A stretch of 63,905 nt of DNA, filler included, from Lophium mytilinum (lineage: Eukaryota), in NCBI GenBank assembly GCA_010093605.1. It is 18 parts of 5 records of this genome, joined end to end, with 100 filler letters (N's around TTAATTAATTAA, not from the genome) between each part and the next. Parts side by side here need not be neighbours in the genome. Positions count along the whole stretch, not along the records: positions 1 to 3,738 come from MU004181.1; positions 3,839 to 5,145 come from MU004181.1; positions 5,246 to 7,845 come from MU004181.1; positions 7,946 to 9,874 come from MU004181.1; positions 9,975 to 22,134 come from MU004182.1; 13 more parts are not named here. One strand, written 5' to 3'. The position numbers and the translations under genes were made by a program. The notes under the pieces were generated by a model. It was given only the letters and a program-made list of their open reading frames with translations, was not told where the DNA came from and did no database searches. Below are positions 1 through 12,879 of this stretch, piece after piece. The stretch's first letter is position 1; every line of letters starts with the position of its first letter.

Positions 1-204
1 TAATACTAGATTAAAGTATATCTAGCGCTAGTAATAGAGTATATATTCTATCCGCCCGCTTATTTTCTAAGAAAAGTAGGGCTAGAGAAGTAGTAGTTAG
101 AGTAGAGTTAAAAGCTAGTAAAAAATATAGATATATAGTTGCATATAGTAGTTAGAAAGATTAAGAGCTATATATATAAAAGATTATACTAAAACTAAGG
201 CGCT

Positions 205-350
205 ATTATATAGAGTAGAGCGGGAGGAATAGAGAAACTTAGTAGAAAAAAAATTCTATAGAGTAGAGCGGGAGGGATAGAAAAACCTAGTAGATAAAAA
301 AGCTTATAGAGTAGAGTAGAAGGGATAGAGAAGCTTAGTAGATAATATAA
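205..350. repeat. 48-bp tandem repeat x3 inside the large element
   Basis: TAGAGTAGAGYRG unit starts at 211, 259 and 307. The same array is at ~31655-31795. Confidence 0.85.
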
Positions 351-1688
351 GCTAGTAATACTAGAGTATATTACTTTTATCTAATATAGCTCTATAAAAC
401 TATACTAGTCTAACTACTAACCTAGATATTAGTACGCTATTAGCTTTCTATTATAGTAGATACTATTAGTAAGCTATATCTATATACTACCTTTTATTCT
501 CTATATTCTAGCTTCTTAGATAAGTTTCTACTAGCTTTAGCCTCTACTATAATTTATTAGTATATATAATTTTAATACCTGCTATATTTTAAATAGTTAG
601 CCTTAAGTTAATCTCTACTATAACTTTTCTATCTTTTTAACTCTTACTACCTTCTACTACTCTATAGTATAGAGAAAGAGATATAGAGTAGGCTTTTATA
701 CCTATAGAATAGAGGAGAATAGTTCTATTATATATATAGGTAGGCGCTAGAAATTTAAGACTTAGGCGCATGTATTTTAACTAATAGTTACTATATACTT
801 TTCTCTTAAGTGCACTATTAGAATCTTATATAAGTGCATCTTTATAGTAGTATACTATTATTACTAATAGTTATTTTTAATTAGTCTTAGGTTTAATCCC
901 TTATATTATAGCTTAACGCGCTAGATATTATAACTATAGAATATCTCTAAATAGGTATTATAAGACTAGTAGTATTTTTAAGCGTATATAGTTTAGAGGG
1001 TTTATATTAAAAGTAGATAGATAAGTAGTTTTTAAGTTAAAGCTTAGGGTAAAGGTAGGCTTTAAGATATAAGGTATATATATATACTGCGCATCTATTA
1101 AAAGTTAACTTAGTAGTAGTATAAAAGTATAAAAGGTATATAGAGAGTATATATAGGTAGACTTATATAGTTCTATTTAAGGCCGCTTTCTACCTATATA
1201 TACGCTAGAAAATTAGTAATTTCTTAAAAAGGTACTTACTATACTAAGTATATACGCCTTCTATATCTACTTTTAGGCGTCTTTTAGATAATATTAAAGG
1301 AGTAGAAAATAGTAGAGTTAGTATTCTTCTTTTTATTTCTTACTATATAAGTATATATAATTTTTAAGGCCTTCTTAATACTAGTTTAAGCTATAATTAG
1401 GCCTATTTTAGCCTTATATAAGGCTACCTCTACCGCCTTTAAGCTATTTAGGTCTTCTATAAATAATACCTTCTTTATAGTATTTTCTTTATTCTAGTTA
1501 ACTTTTTCTATCTAGTTCTTTCTATTATTAAAGTAGTATATATCTAATTTATCTTTATCTTCTATAAGGTCTATAGGCTCTAGTTTATTAGATAGCGCTT
1601 TATATTTATTCTTTAAGGTTGCACCTTAAGTCTCTTATTCTAATACTACTATTTCTAAGTTCTTCTTTTTAGCCTTAGCTATTACTAA

Positions 1689-1850
1689 GGTCTCTAGTAA
1701 TAATAGTACCTCTTATATACCTCTAGTCTTCTAGTATATTAAGGTTTACAGCTTATCTATAAAGATATAGGTCTTTAGTAATAATAGCGCTACTTATATA
1801 CTTCTAGTCTTCTAGAATATTAAGATCTATAGCTTAACTATAAGGATATA
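1689..1850. repeat. 81-bp tandem duplication (27 codons) in a probable minus-strand coiled-coil ORF relic
   Basis: GGTCTYTAGTAATAATAG... starts at 1689 and 1770. The duplication is also present at ~33138-33300. Confidence 0.85.
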
Positions 1851-3782
1851 CTTAGTATAAATTTAGACTTCTAGTTAGAGGTTATAGTTATTTTTCTCTT
1901 CTTTCTTTCTATATATAGCTATATAGCAGCTAATAGCTTTACCTAAGGTGGCATAATTTAAGTAGAATAATATTAGGTTTATAAGGCTAACTTTAAATAT
2001 AGAACTATCTTTAGGGTTAATAAAGTAGGTATATATTAGTAAGAGAACTAAATATAGATTAGTAAATATATAATCTTCTTATATATAGTAGTAGTATATA
2101 TTTTAGGTCTTAGTAGTAGTAGAAGGTCTTTCTAATATCTATATTAATAATTATAGATTAGAATATACTTAGTAGGGTAGGTATTAAAGTATAGCTTATA
2201 TATATAATTAGTACTACACTACTAGTAATATTAAGTATATTTATAAATATATTAACTTAGAGTTTATAGCTTTTATATAGCTATACTACTATATCTTCTT
2301 TACCTCTAGAGTATTTAAAGCTATTCTTATCTAGAACTATAGATACTATAAGCTTCTTATACTAGTAAATAGTTAGTAGATATAAATAGAAAAGTAGTAG
2401 ATAGACTTATATAGGCCTAATTCTTAATAAAAAAGCTTTTAGAGCTATCTCTATAGGCCTTCTTTACTACCTCTAGTATAGTCTTTATCTCTAGCTTATT
2501 AGACTAGCCGCCCTTTATATTACCTAATTCTTAACTTAAAACTAGGTATAGTAAATACTTATATATAGACTAGATAAGTGCGTTATATTTAACCTTAAAG
2601 TNNNNNNNNNNNNNNNNNNNNNNNNNNNNNNNNNNNNNNNNNNNNNNNNNNNNNNNNNNNNNNNNNNNNNNNNNNNNNNAAGAGTATAGTAAGGCTTATA
2701 TATAAGAGTAAAGTTAGAGTTAAGTTTTACTTACTAGCCTACTTAGTTATTAGTAGAGGAGGTAAAGGTCTTTACTAGCTATAATATAATACGCGCCTAC
2801 CGGGTAAAGCGGGTTTATAGCCTTAGCTTAGGTAATAGATAATACTATATAGCCTAAGAAGTTAGATAGTTAAGGTAGACTTTATACTATTATAAGAGGG
2901 TAATAATCTCTAATTATAATTAATTATATTAAGTATTAAAGGTAATAGAGTAGAAGCTATAGGCAATACTAGGCTTTATAAAGGGCGGTTTTCTAGCATT
3001 AGGGCCTAAAGGTAAAGAATAATATATACTACTTTAGAATTAGAGAAAGAATTTAGGTTTATTAGATGGGGTAGTAGGTCTACTAATAGAATGCCTCTTA
3101 ATATTATTAGAGATATAGCCCCTAATATTAGCTACTCTAGGTATTACTTTAAATAGTTTATAGGGTGTAAATCTTAACTAGTATAACTAACTTATATATA
3201 CCTGCGTAGTGTTTAAATAAGTAGTAGCCCTACTTAATAAGAAGGGGTATAATAGAATTAAAATAGGTAAGATAATATAAGTAGCGGGCTAACTCTAATT
3301 ATAAAAGGAAGATATATATAATTTCTAATTATAATTAATAATCTATAAAAGAGAAGGGTTAAGTATATAGATAGTAAAAAAAATTAAATTACTAGTAATT
3401 AACTTATATATTAATATTTTTAAAACTCTATTATATCTTATACTTAAATATAGACGCTATTATAGGATAAACTACTATATTTAGGGGTCTAGACTAACTA
3501 TATATACCGCCTACTATATAACTTAAGTATACTTAAAAGAAGCCTTCTACCTGCTATTCTCTATCTCTATATTATCTACCTCTATCTCTACTTTAGTATT
3601 ATCTACCTTGCCTACCTCTATCTCTATATTCTTCTTTTCTATATTATCTATATTAGGCTTAAATTCTAACTTAAATACTTTACTTATCTCTAAATTAGTT
3701 CTATAGTTAGTAAGTTCTATTATATATAGATTAACTAANNNNNNNNNNNNNNNNNNNNNNNNNNNNNNNNNNNNNNNNNNNN

Positions 3783-3794
3783 TTAATTAATTAA
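3783..3794. other. Artificial contig spacer TTAATTAATTAA within N runs (17 occurrences in the window)
   Basis: The identical 12-mer is centred in N blocks and encodes stops in all six frames. Confidence 0.97.
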
Positions 3795-6700
3795 NNNNNN
3801 NNNNNNNNNNNNNNNNNNNNNNNNNNNNNNNNNNNNNNTTATAGATTATATTAGATTATAGGCTAGTATATAGTACTTATTATTCTTTAATAGTATATAA
3901 CGCGTTTTAATAGAAGGCGGGCTATTTTATTAGCCTAGAACCTTAATATATCTACGCGTTAAAAACTATAGCTTACTTTTTTAAACTATAACTCTAAAGC
4001 CTATATATAATTATTTCTATTATTTCTATATTCTTTATAGCTAGTATAAACCTTTATAGTAGGTATAGTTTTAAGCGCGTACTAGTAGTTATATCTAGTT
4101 TCTCTAGTTCTAATAGTATAGCGTGTATTAAAAGTAAGTATTACCTCTTACTAATTTCTAGTATCTAACTTTCTACTATAGTTACTAGCTATAGCAAAGA
4201 ACTCTTAACTCTAGGCAAGTGCTATCTAGGTAATATAGAAGAAGATACTAAGTTTAAGCATATTACTCTCTTCTATAAGGCAAGTACTAGATAGTAATAT
4301 ATTACTAGTCTAGTAGAATAAAGTTAATAGGTATCTACTAAGAGTACTAGTATTATTAAGAAGACGGCCGCTAGAGTAAGTACTAGTTATAGAATAGCTA
4401 TAAGATAGTAATATTAAATACGCATTAAGTAGCCTAGGTTAAACTCCGCGTCTTTCTTAGCCGGCGCAAAATTAGATAATAGCTAGAAGGCGCTAGTTAG
4501 GTAGGGAGTTTTATAATATTACTAATTTAGCTACTTAAGCCTCTTATATGCGGTAGAATTAGCAGTATATATATTAGTAATAACTATACTTAATAAGAAT
4601 AAGGTAGATAGAGAGTAGATAACTTATAAGAACTAGTAAGTAGTAAGGGTAGAGAACTATCTTCTTATAGATTATAAGAGTACTTAAGCCTTTCTTTAAT
4701 AGTCTATACTGCGCTATTAGAAGTAGATTAAGTTTTTTAGCTACTTTTATAATAATACTCTAGTAAAACTCTAGGCTCTATTCTATACTAGGTTAATAGA
4801 AAAGCTAAAGAATTATTAAGCCCTTATTAATAGTACTAGAAATTAGGCTAGTAGATATTTAGCTTTAGGAAGATATTAGCTTATAGGCTATATATATTAC
4901 TATCTAGTATTTATATATATAATCTATAGTAAATATAATAATAACTTAGTATTTTAAATTAAGTATATAGGTATAGAAGACTTCTAGATTACTAATATCT
5001 CTAAATTAGTAGTAGGGATACTACCTCCTATTTAAGTTACTAGCGCCTATAACTAGTACTAGTAGTAACTCTTATACTATAGTCTACCCGGGCCGCCTAT
5101 AGAATATTTAATTATTTTTAATTATTATTAATTATTTCTAATTATNNNNNNNNNNNNNNNNNNNNNNNNNNNNNNNNNNNNNNNNNNNNTTAATTAATTA
5201 ANNNNNNNNNNNNNNNNNNNNNNNNNNNNNNNNNNNNNNNNNNNNTCTATTAGCTAATTCTCTATAGATTATATATAAGATAATAGGTATATACTATTTA
5301 GAATATAGATTCTAAGGTAGACTAATATAAGACTTATACTTATTTTAGACTCTTATATAGTAAATAGCGTTCTATATTAACCTTTTATAGGGTTCTACTA
5401 GCTTAGCGGGGGTAGCTAGTTAGATTAAAATAATAGTAAGAAAGATAGGGACCTCCGCTAGCTTTTTACTAGCGGTTGCGTTAGTATTATACCTAATTAT
5501 CTAGCCTCTAAATAAGGGCGGTAGGTATTCTCCTAGAATCTTAAAAACCTTAAGAATGCCCTTAATAGTAAGGTTATAGTAGTACTTAGGCTTATTTATA
5601 AAGGCTACCTTTTATAGTTTATATATATCTAGATTAAAATAATAAGAGTAAGTATACTATTATACACCCGGTATATTAGTAGGTAGGCTAGGGCGTATCT
5701 AAGTAGAAATTCTAAATTAGTACTTAATTATAACTTACTTTAGTAGCTCTTAGTTTTATAGCGCCTTAGTAAGCTTTACTATATAGGTGGTATTAGGTAT
5801 AGTTATTAGAATAATAGTAAGGGTATAGGCATCTATTACCTCTATTTAGTCTTCTAAGATTAGGATATTTACTATAGAATTAAGTTAGTATTTAGTATAT
5901 CTCTAGCGCTTTTAGAGGTTACTATATTTATCTTTAAAGGTTACTATAGGTTTAGACCTATTAGTAGACTATATTATAGTTATTTAAGTAGTAAGTATTT
6001 TCTTAAGTTCTACTTTCTATAGTTTATTTAATTTATTTCTTATAATTAAGATTTTATATATACTATATAAAAGATTAAAGAATTAGTTAGTACCCTTAAA
6101 GTAAAGTTAAAAAAAGAGCTTAGTAGTAACCTCTCTATATATAAATTAGTCTATTAAGTCTAGATACTACTATATATAAGCTAGACTTACTACTTAGTCT
6201 CTATTTAAAGTATATTAGCCTTTACTATTCTAGACTATATATTACTATTAGGCCTAATATATTTAAATAGTTAGTTAGTATTAGTATAGGTAGATACGCT
6301 TATATTCTAAATAAAATAGTTAGAGTTAAAAGAGAGGCTATAATTTAATAGCGAGTAGATTATTAGAAGAGTTTAGGGCTTTAGTCTAATATGCGCTAGT
6401 AGTATATTAGCTATTATTATAGAAGGTATAAGTTACTATAGTAGTAGCTACCTTTTAGAGAGTTAAAGTTAAGGCTAGTATAATATTAGGCTAATAATTA
6501 GATTAGGACTAAGTACTATTATATCTAGTAAGATATTAGTTATATTAAGAGGCTTTTATCTAAATATATATTTAATAGCTAAATTATCTAGTAGAATATA
6601 GGTACTATATAGTAGTTAATTAGTCCCCTAAATATCTAAGTATTACTCTATTATCTTTCTTATCTACTTCTAATCTACCTTTACTAATTTTAAGCTATAC

Positions 6701-7945
6701 TTAAAAGTTAGCCTTATAGTATACTATAACGGGTAAATTTAAGTATTACTAATTTATATATATTCTAGAGGTATAGCCTATAAAATATAACTATATAATT
6801 CTACTACTTTTAGAAAGGCTAAATCTATAAAAAGAAGTACGCTAACCTAGTTATTAGAGCGCAAGCTATAAGAGATAGAAAGAAAGCGGAAACTACTAAG
6901 TAGAGCCTCTAGAAAGTACTACCTAGAGTAGTAGAGAGCTATAAAAGAGAGAGATATATAGACTAGTTAAATACGGACTATAGTTAGCCTAGCGCTAGTA
7001 GAGGTAAGTAAGTAGATAAAAAGTATAATAAATATATAGATAGATAACGCTAGTTTTTCTAGGTAGATTAAAGTAGGCGTTCTTTATATAGAGGCGGTGT
7101 ACGCGCTAGTAGAGAAGCTAGAGAGTAAGAGTACTTATTTAGTAAAAGAGAAAGTAGATAAGTAAGCTATTCTATAGTATAAGCTAAATTAGTAATACTT
7201 ATAAAAAGAGTAAATAGTAAAAAGATATATAAATTAGTACTACTACCTACTAGCTTATAGAGCGTAACTTTAGTAGATAATAAGCTACTATTAGAGGTAG
7301 AAAGGCGCGTAGTAGCTTAGGTAATAATAAGTAGTATAGTACCTTTTTAGATAGCTATAGCTAACTTTTCTTTCTATTCTAAGAATCTTAATCTATTAGC
7401 CGCTAATCTAGTAGAGCTTATAACGCTAACTTAAATAATAAAAGGGGGCACCTATATATAGAAATTAGCCTTTCTCTCTATATTAACTAATCTAGGTAAG
7501 TAGAAGATAATATTAAATAGAAGTTATTACTAATCTATTAAGTATTACTAAAAGCTAATAGATATAAATAAATATTAAGGTAGAGGCTAATTATTACTAA
7601 TTATTAGGTAGTAGAGTTTTTTAAGCTATATAACTCTTTACTTCTATTATATTATAATATAGCCTATTTACTAATTATAAACTTAATTATATACTACTTT
7701 AAACTTTACCTTCTATCTAGCCTTTTAATTCTAATTCTTATCTACTATTCTTACCTATCTTTTCTTTCTTATTCTTCTCCTTCTCTATCTCTCTCTTTTC
7801 TCTCTTTCTTCTTCTTCTTCTTTCTTTCTTATACGCTAACTTTCTNNNNNNNNNNNNNNNNNNNNNNNNNNNNNNNNNNNNNNNNNNNNTTAATTAATTA
7901 ANNNNNNNNNNNNNNNNNNNNNNNNNNNNNNNNNNNNNNNNNNNN

Positions 7946-9874
7946 AAGAAATAGTAGAGTAAGAGAAATAAAGAAAGTAGAAACTACTAGTAGAGAAGAA
8001 GGTATAGAAGCTATAAATAGAAAAGAAAGTATAACTAATCTAATAGATACTTAATATTATCTAGCTATATACTAAGTTAATATATAATTCTATTTAGCCT
8101 AGTATTATCTATAATAAGGTTATATAGTAGCTTAAGGCGCTTAGGCCTAAAACTACTTAGTATTTAACTGCCTAAAAATAACTCTATGCGCTTATAGTTA
8201 CTATAGAGAGTAGCTAGACTATTTCTAGTAATACCTAAGTTATAGGGAATATAGTAATTAGTAGTATTAATATTATAGCTATACTTAAATTTAATATATA
8301 TAGTTTTAGTAAGACTAGACTCTCTATAAATATAAATAAGATAATTATAGCTAATATAAAGAAGGTAGATACTATTAATATTACTACTATAATAGCTCTA
8401 ATATTAAGCTCTATAAAGAATATCTTAGTAGTAGTATTTAAGAAAGTACTATAGTTTTTTAGTTTACCTCTAATATATAGGAATTTTTCTAGTAATATAA
8501 TCTTTAAGCTACTAGAAATAACTACTAATTTAAAAATGCGTGCAGCCCTATACTAGGTAGCCGGGATATATAGCATTATCTAAGGTCTTACTAGTAAAGT
8601 ATATAGGCTAATTCTTATAGACCCCCCTAGAATAGAAAAAACTCTATAAATATTAATAGCATTTACTACTTATACTAGAGAGGCTAGTACTAATACTTTG
8701 CATTCTAGTAGTATTAAAGGCTATATTATTTAGCTTACTAAGAAGAGTCTACTAAATTAGACCTATAAGAAGGTAAAATACTAGCTAGATATTAAATATA
8801 AAAATAAAAATTTTAAGATTTCTAGTAAAAGACTTTATATCTAGTATATATATAGAAGTATTATAGAGGGTAACTTTACCTCTAAAGACTAGAAGAACCT
8901 TAGGCCTATCTACTAAGAAATAAATAGTTAGATATAGTATAAGCTAAATCTAAGAGTAAAAACCTACCTTATTATTATAAGCGTAGAGACCTCTAATAAA
9001 AAATATAATAAGAATTTAAACTTACTAGAGACCTTTATAATATTCTATAACCTATTATATAGTAATAAAGTAACCCCTATATATATATATAGGGCTATTT
9101 TTTTTAATAAGTTCTATCTAGAATTTAATAATATATCTCTATATATTATAGCTTTTAGCTATATTAAGTCTATATAGTATTAGTATATATTCCGCCTAAC
9201 TATATATAAATAGGTAAATATTAACTATATACTTAATTAGGTTTATTAGGGCTAGAACTTAAAAGGGTTTAATAAGGCTACTAATCTATATAGCTACCCT
9301 AGAGGCTTATTTTATAGTAGAACTCTTTTTCTCTATAGCCCTAAAACTCTATTATATCTAATAGTTATACTATATAGAGGTTTATAGACGCTAACTTAGA
9401 TAATAGACCTAACTAACTTAAATACTAATATTAAAGATAATCTAGATAATACTCTTCTAGATAAGAAGTTAGAGAAAGAAAATATAGATAAAGAGAATAA
9501 GTTTAATATTCTTTATTAAGGCCCTACCCTCTAGTATATTAATTAAGAAGACCTTATAAAGGCTAGAGGTTACTACTATACCTTAAAAATAGAGAAAGAG
9601 TAGTAACTATAGAATAATTCTAAATTATCTAGGCGTCTCTAGAGAGTATTAAATATAATTATAGCTATAAGTATCTATAAAACGCTAATAAGCCTTAGCC
9701 TAAATAGCCTTTTCTTAGGGGATATACCGCTCTATATTATATAGTAGGTAATAGTTAGTATACCTAACTACTTTAAACTCTTTATTAAGAAGTACTATAT
9801 AGTTATTAGAGAGAGATATATAGACCTTAAAGAAGAGTATAAAGAATAGCTAAGGTATAGAGTAGTAATTAATA
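7946..9874 (+). pseudogene. SNF2-like helicase relic (copy 1, N-terminal lobe)
   Basis: Motif I region at 8290-8316 and de-RIPed DEFH at ~9106. Homologous to 45195-47125. Confidence 0.75.
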
Positions 9875-9974
9875 NNNNNNNNNNNNNNNNNNNNNNNNNN
9901 NNNNNNNNNNNNNNNNNNTTAATTAATTAANNNNNNNNNNNNNNNNNNNNNNNNNNNNNNNNNNNNNNNNNNNN

Positions 9975-10800
9975 TAGCCTAGACTTCTCTATTATTATAA
10001 AGTTACTAGTACTACCTAGAAATAGCCTAGTAAGAGACTAGATTATACTATTAGAAGTAATAATAGACTAGAACTTAAGGTAGTAGTACTTTTTATACCT
10101 AGAGTATATTATCTACTAGATCCGGGGGTTCTTTAGCTATATAATTAGGCGAGTAGTTCTATCTATATAGCCCTAGACTTTACTAATATCTAGGTAAAGT
10201 TTTATAGCTATTATATACTTCTCTAGCTTCTTATATATAAGCTACCGCCTATTCTAGTATAGCTACTACTACTACTAATCTATAAGAAAGATAATAGTAT
10301 CTCTAAATATAGTATAAAGCTATAAGCGGCTATATTTAAATACTACTAGCATATTACTAAAGTGGCGTAGTATTAAGAGGCGCTAAAGAAGTACGCAGAG
10401 TAAGAGAATTAAATAAGAATAACGCCTGTAAGTGTACTTAATCTTATTAAGCTAGAGAAGTATAGCTAACTGTCTAATTTCCTTATAGTTAAAGCGCATC
10501 TTAAAGCGCGCGCGCTTATTAGTAAGCTTATTATTAAACTAGTGCATAAAGTTAACCTAATTATATAGTAGCGGATTATATAGTTAAGAAATAAAGCTAT
10601 CTAGAACCTTATTAACTTCCTCTTTAGCCTCTATCTTATCTATCTTAGCGGCCTTATTATTAGCAAGGGCACGTTCTTTCTTATCTAATAGCTCCGCAAG
10701 CTTACTAACATTAATAGTAGTAGCCGCGGCAGCTATAATACTATCTAGAAGGGCTATAAGGGTAGTAATATAAGAATTATAATAATTTTCTATATTTTAA
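9975..10800 (-). pseudogene. Unidentified RIPed ORF relic
   Basis: The minus frame reads ...IAAAATTINVSKLAELLDKKERALANNKAAKIDKIEAKEEVNKVLDSF..., which is helical and charged. No family recognised. Confidence 0.35.
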
Positions 10801-11529
10801 TATATTTAAATAATTAAAATTAAATAAGATATAGGTACTAATAGCTAGTAGATAAAATTCTTACCTTATTATACTAAAATAACGTCTAATCTATATTATT
10901 AGAGGCTCTACGCTAATTACCTATAACTTTATAATCTATAATACTAAGCCGGGCAGCCTAAGCTATATATAGAGGCCTTAAACGGGTAGAAATTAAAATC
11001 TAATTTTTATAAAAATTACGCGTTAATAGCGGCCAGGGTAGCCCCCTATACTAATTTATTAGTGTTACTACTAAAATTAGCACACCTCTTACCCCTCTAA
11101 GCCTAGCTAACCGCTGTATAGATACTAGCGTAATTCCATTAAAATCTATCTATTAAGTAGTAATTATATCTATAAACTATCCCTAATTTAGTAAGGGATA
11201 AAATATAGTTAATATAGAGTATAGAGTATAGAAATATCTTATCTATAAACTTATTAATTATAAAACACATCTCTAATAGAATAATAGGTATTATTTATTC
11301 TCTATCGGCTGCGGAGTACTATTTCCGCTTTACATTTATCGGGTGCAAAACAGCTTAGAATTCTTAGTAAAGCTCCCTACTATATATATATTAATTTATA
11401 TAAGGAATATTAGAATTCTATCTAGAGAACTTAATTTTTTTACTATATCTTAATACTACCTAACTTAATAATTAGTAAGGCTATTAATACTATTCTAAAG
11501 CCTATATACTAACTTTTTCTAGTATAGTA

Positions 11530-11866
11530 GATTAAGAATTATATATTACTATAAGCGCTAGGTCTACTAGTAGTAATTAATACTCTATTACTACCTATTA
11601 ATATATATAGACTATTTAACTTCTTTAACTAGGCTAGCGCTCTAAGGCTATTATATATAAGGTTAAAATTAGCCTTAGTACTATTTATTAAACTAAAAAG
11701 AATATAATACTCTATAAAACTTCTATAAGGCTATATTAACTATATATAGAATAACTATATAGAGTCTTATTAGTAGATAAAGATATACTCTTTAAGTAGT
11801 TAAAGGTAGAAGAATAGTATAATTAAGATAAAATAGTAGCCTAGCTTAATAAGAAGTATAGTATTA
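11530..11866 (+). pseudogene. Tc1/mariner (IS630-like) transposase, N-terminal HTH part
   Basis: De-RIPed reading is LLQLGWRPEAI...STVYR...GRPR...DEDALFEWL...QDEMVAWL. It continues in frame at 20044 once the LTR element is removed. Confidence 0.8.
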
Positions 11867-12036
11867 TTATTATAGTTATAGCTATTATAGCTATAGAGAA
11901 CTATATATAATATATAGTACGTGCACGTTGCCTATATAAGTATAGCCTTAGTTATTACTGTTCTTAAGACGGCTCTATAGCTCTAGCCTAATAGTATACC
12001 TTTTACCTCTACTTTTATTATACTTAAACTATACTA
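11867..12036 (+). repeat. 5' LTR
   Basis: Direct repeat of 19870-20039, differing by transitions. Followed by TTTAGTAGC, a possible RIPed TGGTAGC primer-binding site (weak). Confidence 0.92.
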
Positions 12037-12359
12037 TTTAGTAGCTTAGTACTATACTATAGAGCTATATTATTATAGCTTACTAGCTTTATAAATTATA
12101 AAGCACTAGGCCTTCCGTAGCCCTCTAAACTAGCCTAAAGGGCTACCTCTTTATTATATAAGCTATTACTAATATTACCGGCCTTAGCTTTATAACTCTA
12201 TACTACTTATATCTATAATAGCTTCTATAAGCTTCTATAAGCCTAGTATATCTATCTTCTAGTTCTCTATTATCTATATTATAGAGAAGGATATTATAGA
12301 TATTAAAAATACTAATATCTTTAAACGCGGTAAACCCGGCCTTTTAAGCTTTAAATAAT

Positions 12360-12840
12360 AAGCTATCTTAGATAACTTTCTAGAAACTAATATCTTTTAT
12401 AACTTTCTAGAAACTAACGTCTTCTATAACTTTCTAGAAATTAATATTATCTATAACTTCTAGAAGCCGCTATCTTTAACGGCTTCTAGAAGCTTACTAT
12501 TCTATAGGGCTCTAAAAAAGAAGTTCTATAGTTTAGAGAAAACCACGTTATTAATAAACTCTATCTACTTTCCTCTTAACTCTATTAACCTTTTCTTCTT
12601 CTCTATAATCCCCTTTATTATAAACGTCTTCTTTATTATAAATATCTTCTTTATTAACGTCTCTCTAGTTTATAAATACCTACGTTAAAGACGCCCTTAT
12701 TAATAACGCTCTTATCTATAATAAGTTTATAGGTCGCTATTACTTTTAAGGCCGCTAGCATTTTATATGGCCGCTATTAGTCTTATATAGCTACTATTAG
12801 TCTTATATAGCCGCTATTAGCCTTTACTAGCCGCTATTAT
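12360..12840. repeat. Short tandem arrays (~27-bp, 18-bp and 20-bp units) in the Gypsy 5' leader
   Basis: TAACTTTCTAGAAACTAAYRTCTTYTA units at ~12372-12495. CTTTATTATAAAYRTCTT units at ~12612-12662. GCCGCTATTAGTCTTATATA units at ~12770-12840. Confidence 0.8.
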
Positions 12841-12879
12841 ATAAAGAGTATTCTCTCTCTATAGGTTACTACTATAGAT

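Larger units (their letters stand above)
1..9874 (+). mobile_element. Large Plavaka/SNF2 element, copy 1 (partial, gapped)
   Basis: 1-2410 matches 31450-33857. 2508-3738 is the reverse complement of ~29000-30373. 3839-5146 matches ~37830-39140, ~6150-7845 matches 41453-43145, and 7946-9874 matches ~45195-47125. Segment order is the same as in copy 3. Confidence 0.88.

Noticed and set aside
3783..3794. Recurrent palindrome TTAATTAATTAA
   Set aside because: Always embedded in N runs, so it is an artificial scaffolding linker and not biological.
11100..11530. Tc1 terminal inverted repeat, and termini of the Plavaka element
   Set aside because: No convincing inverted match was found. The ends probably fall in gaps or outside the window.
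12360..12840. CRISPR-like or regularly spaced repeats
   Set aside because: Degenerate tandem units without unique spacers, inside a eukaryotic LTR element.
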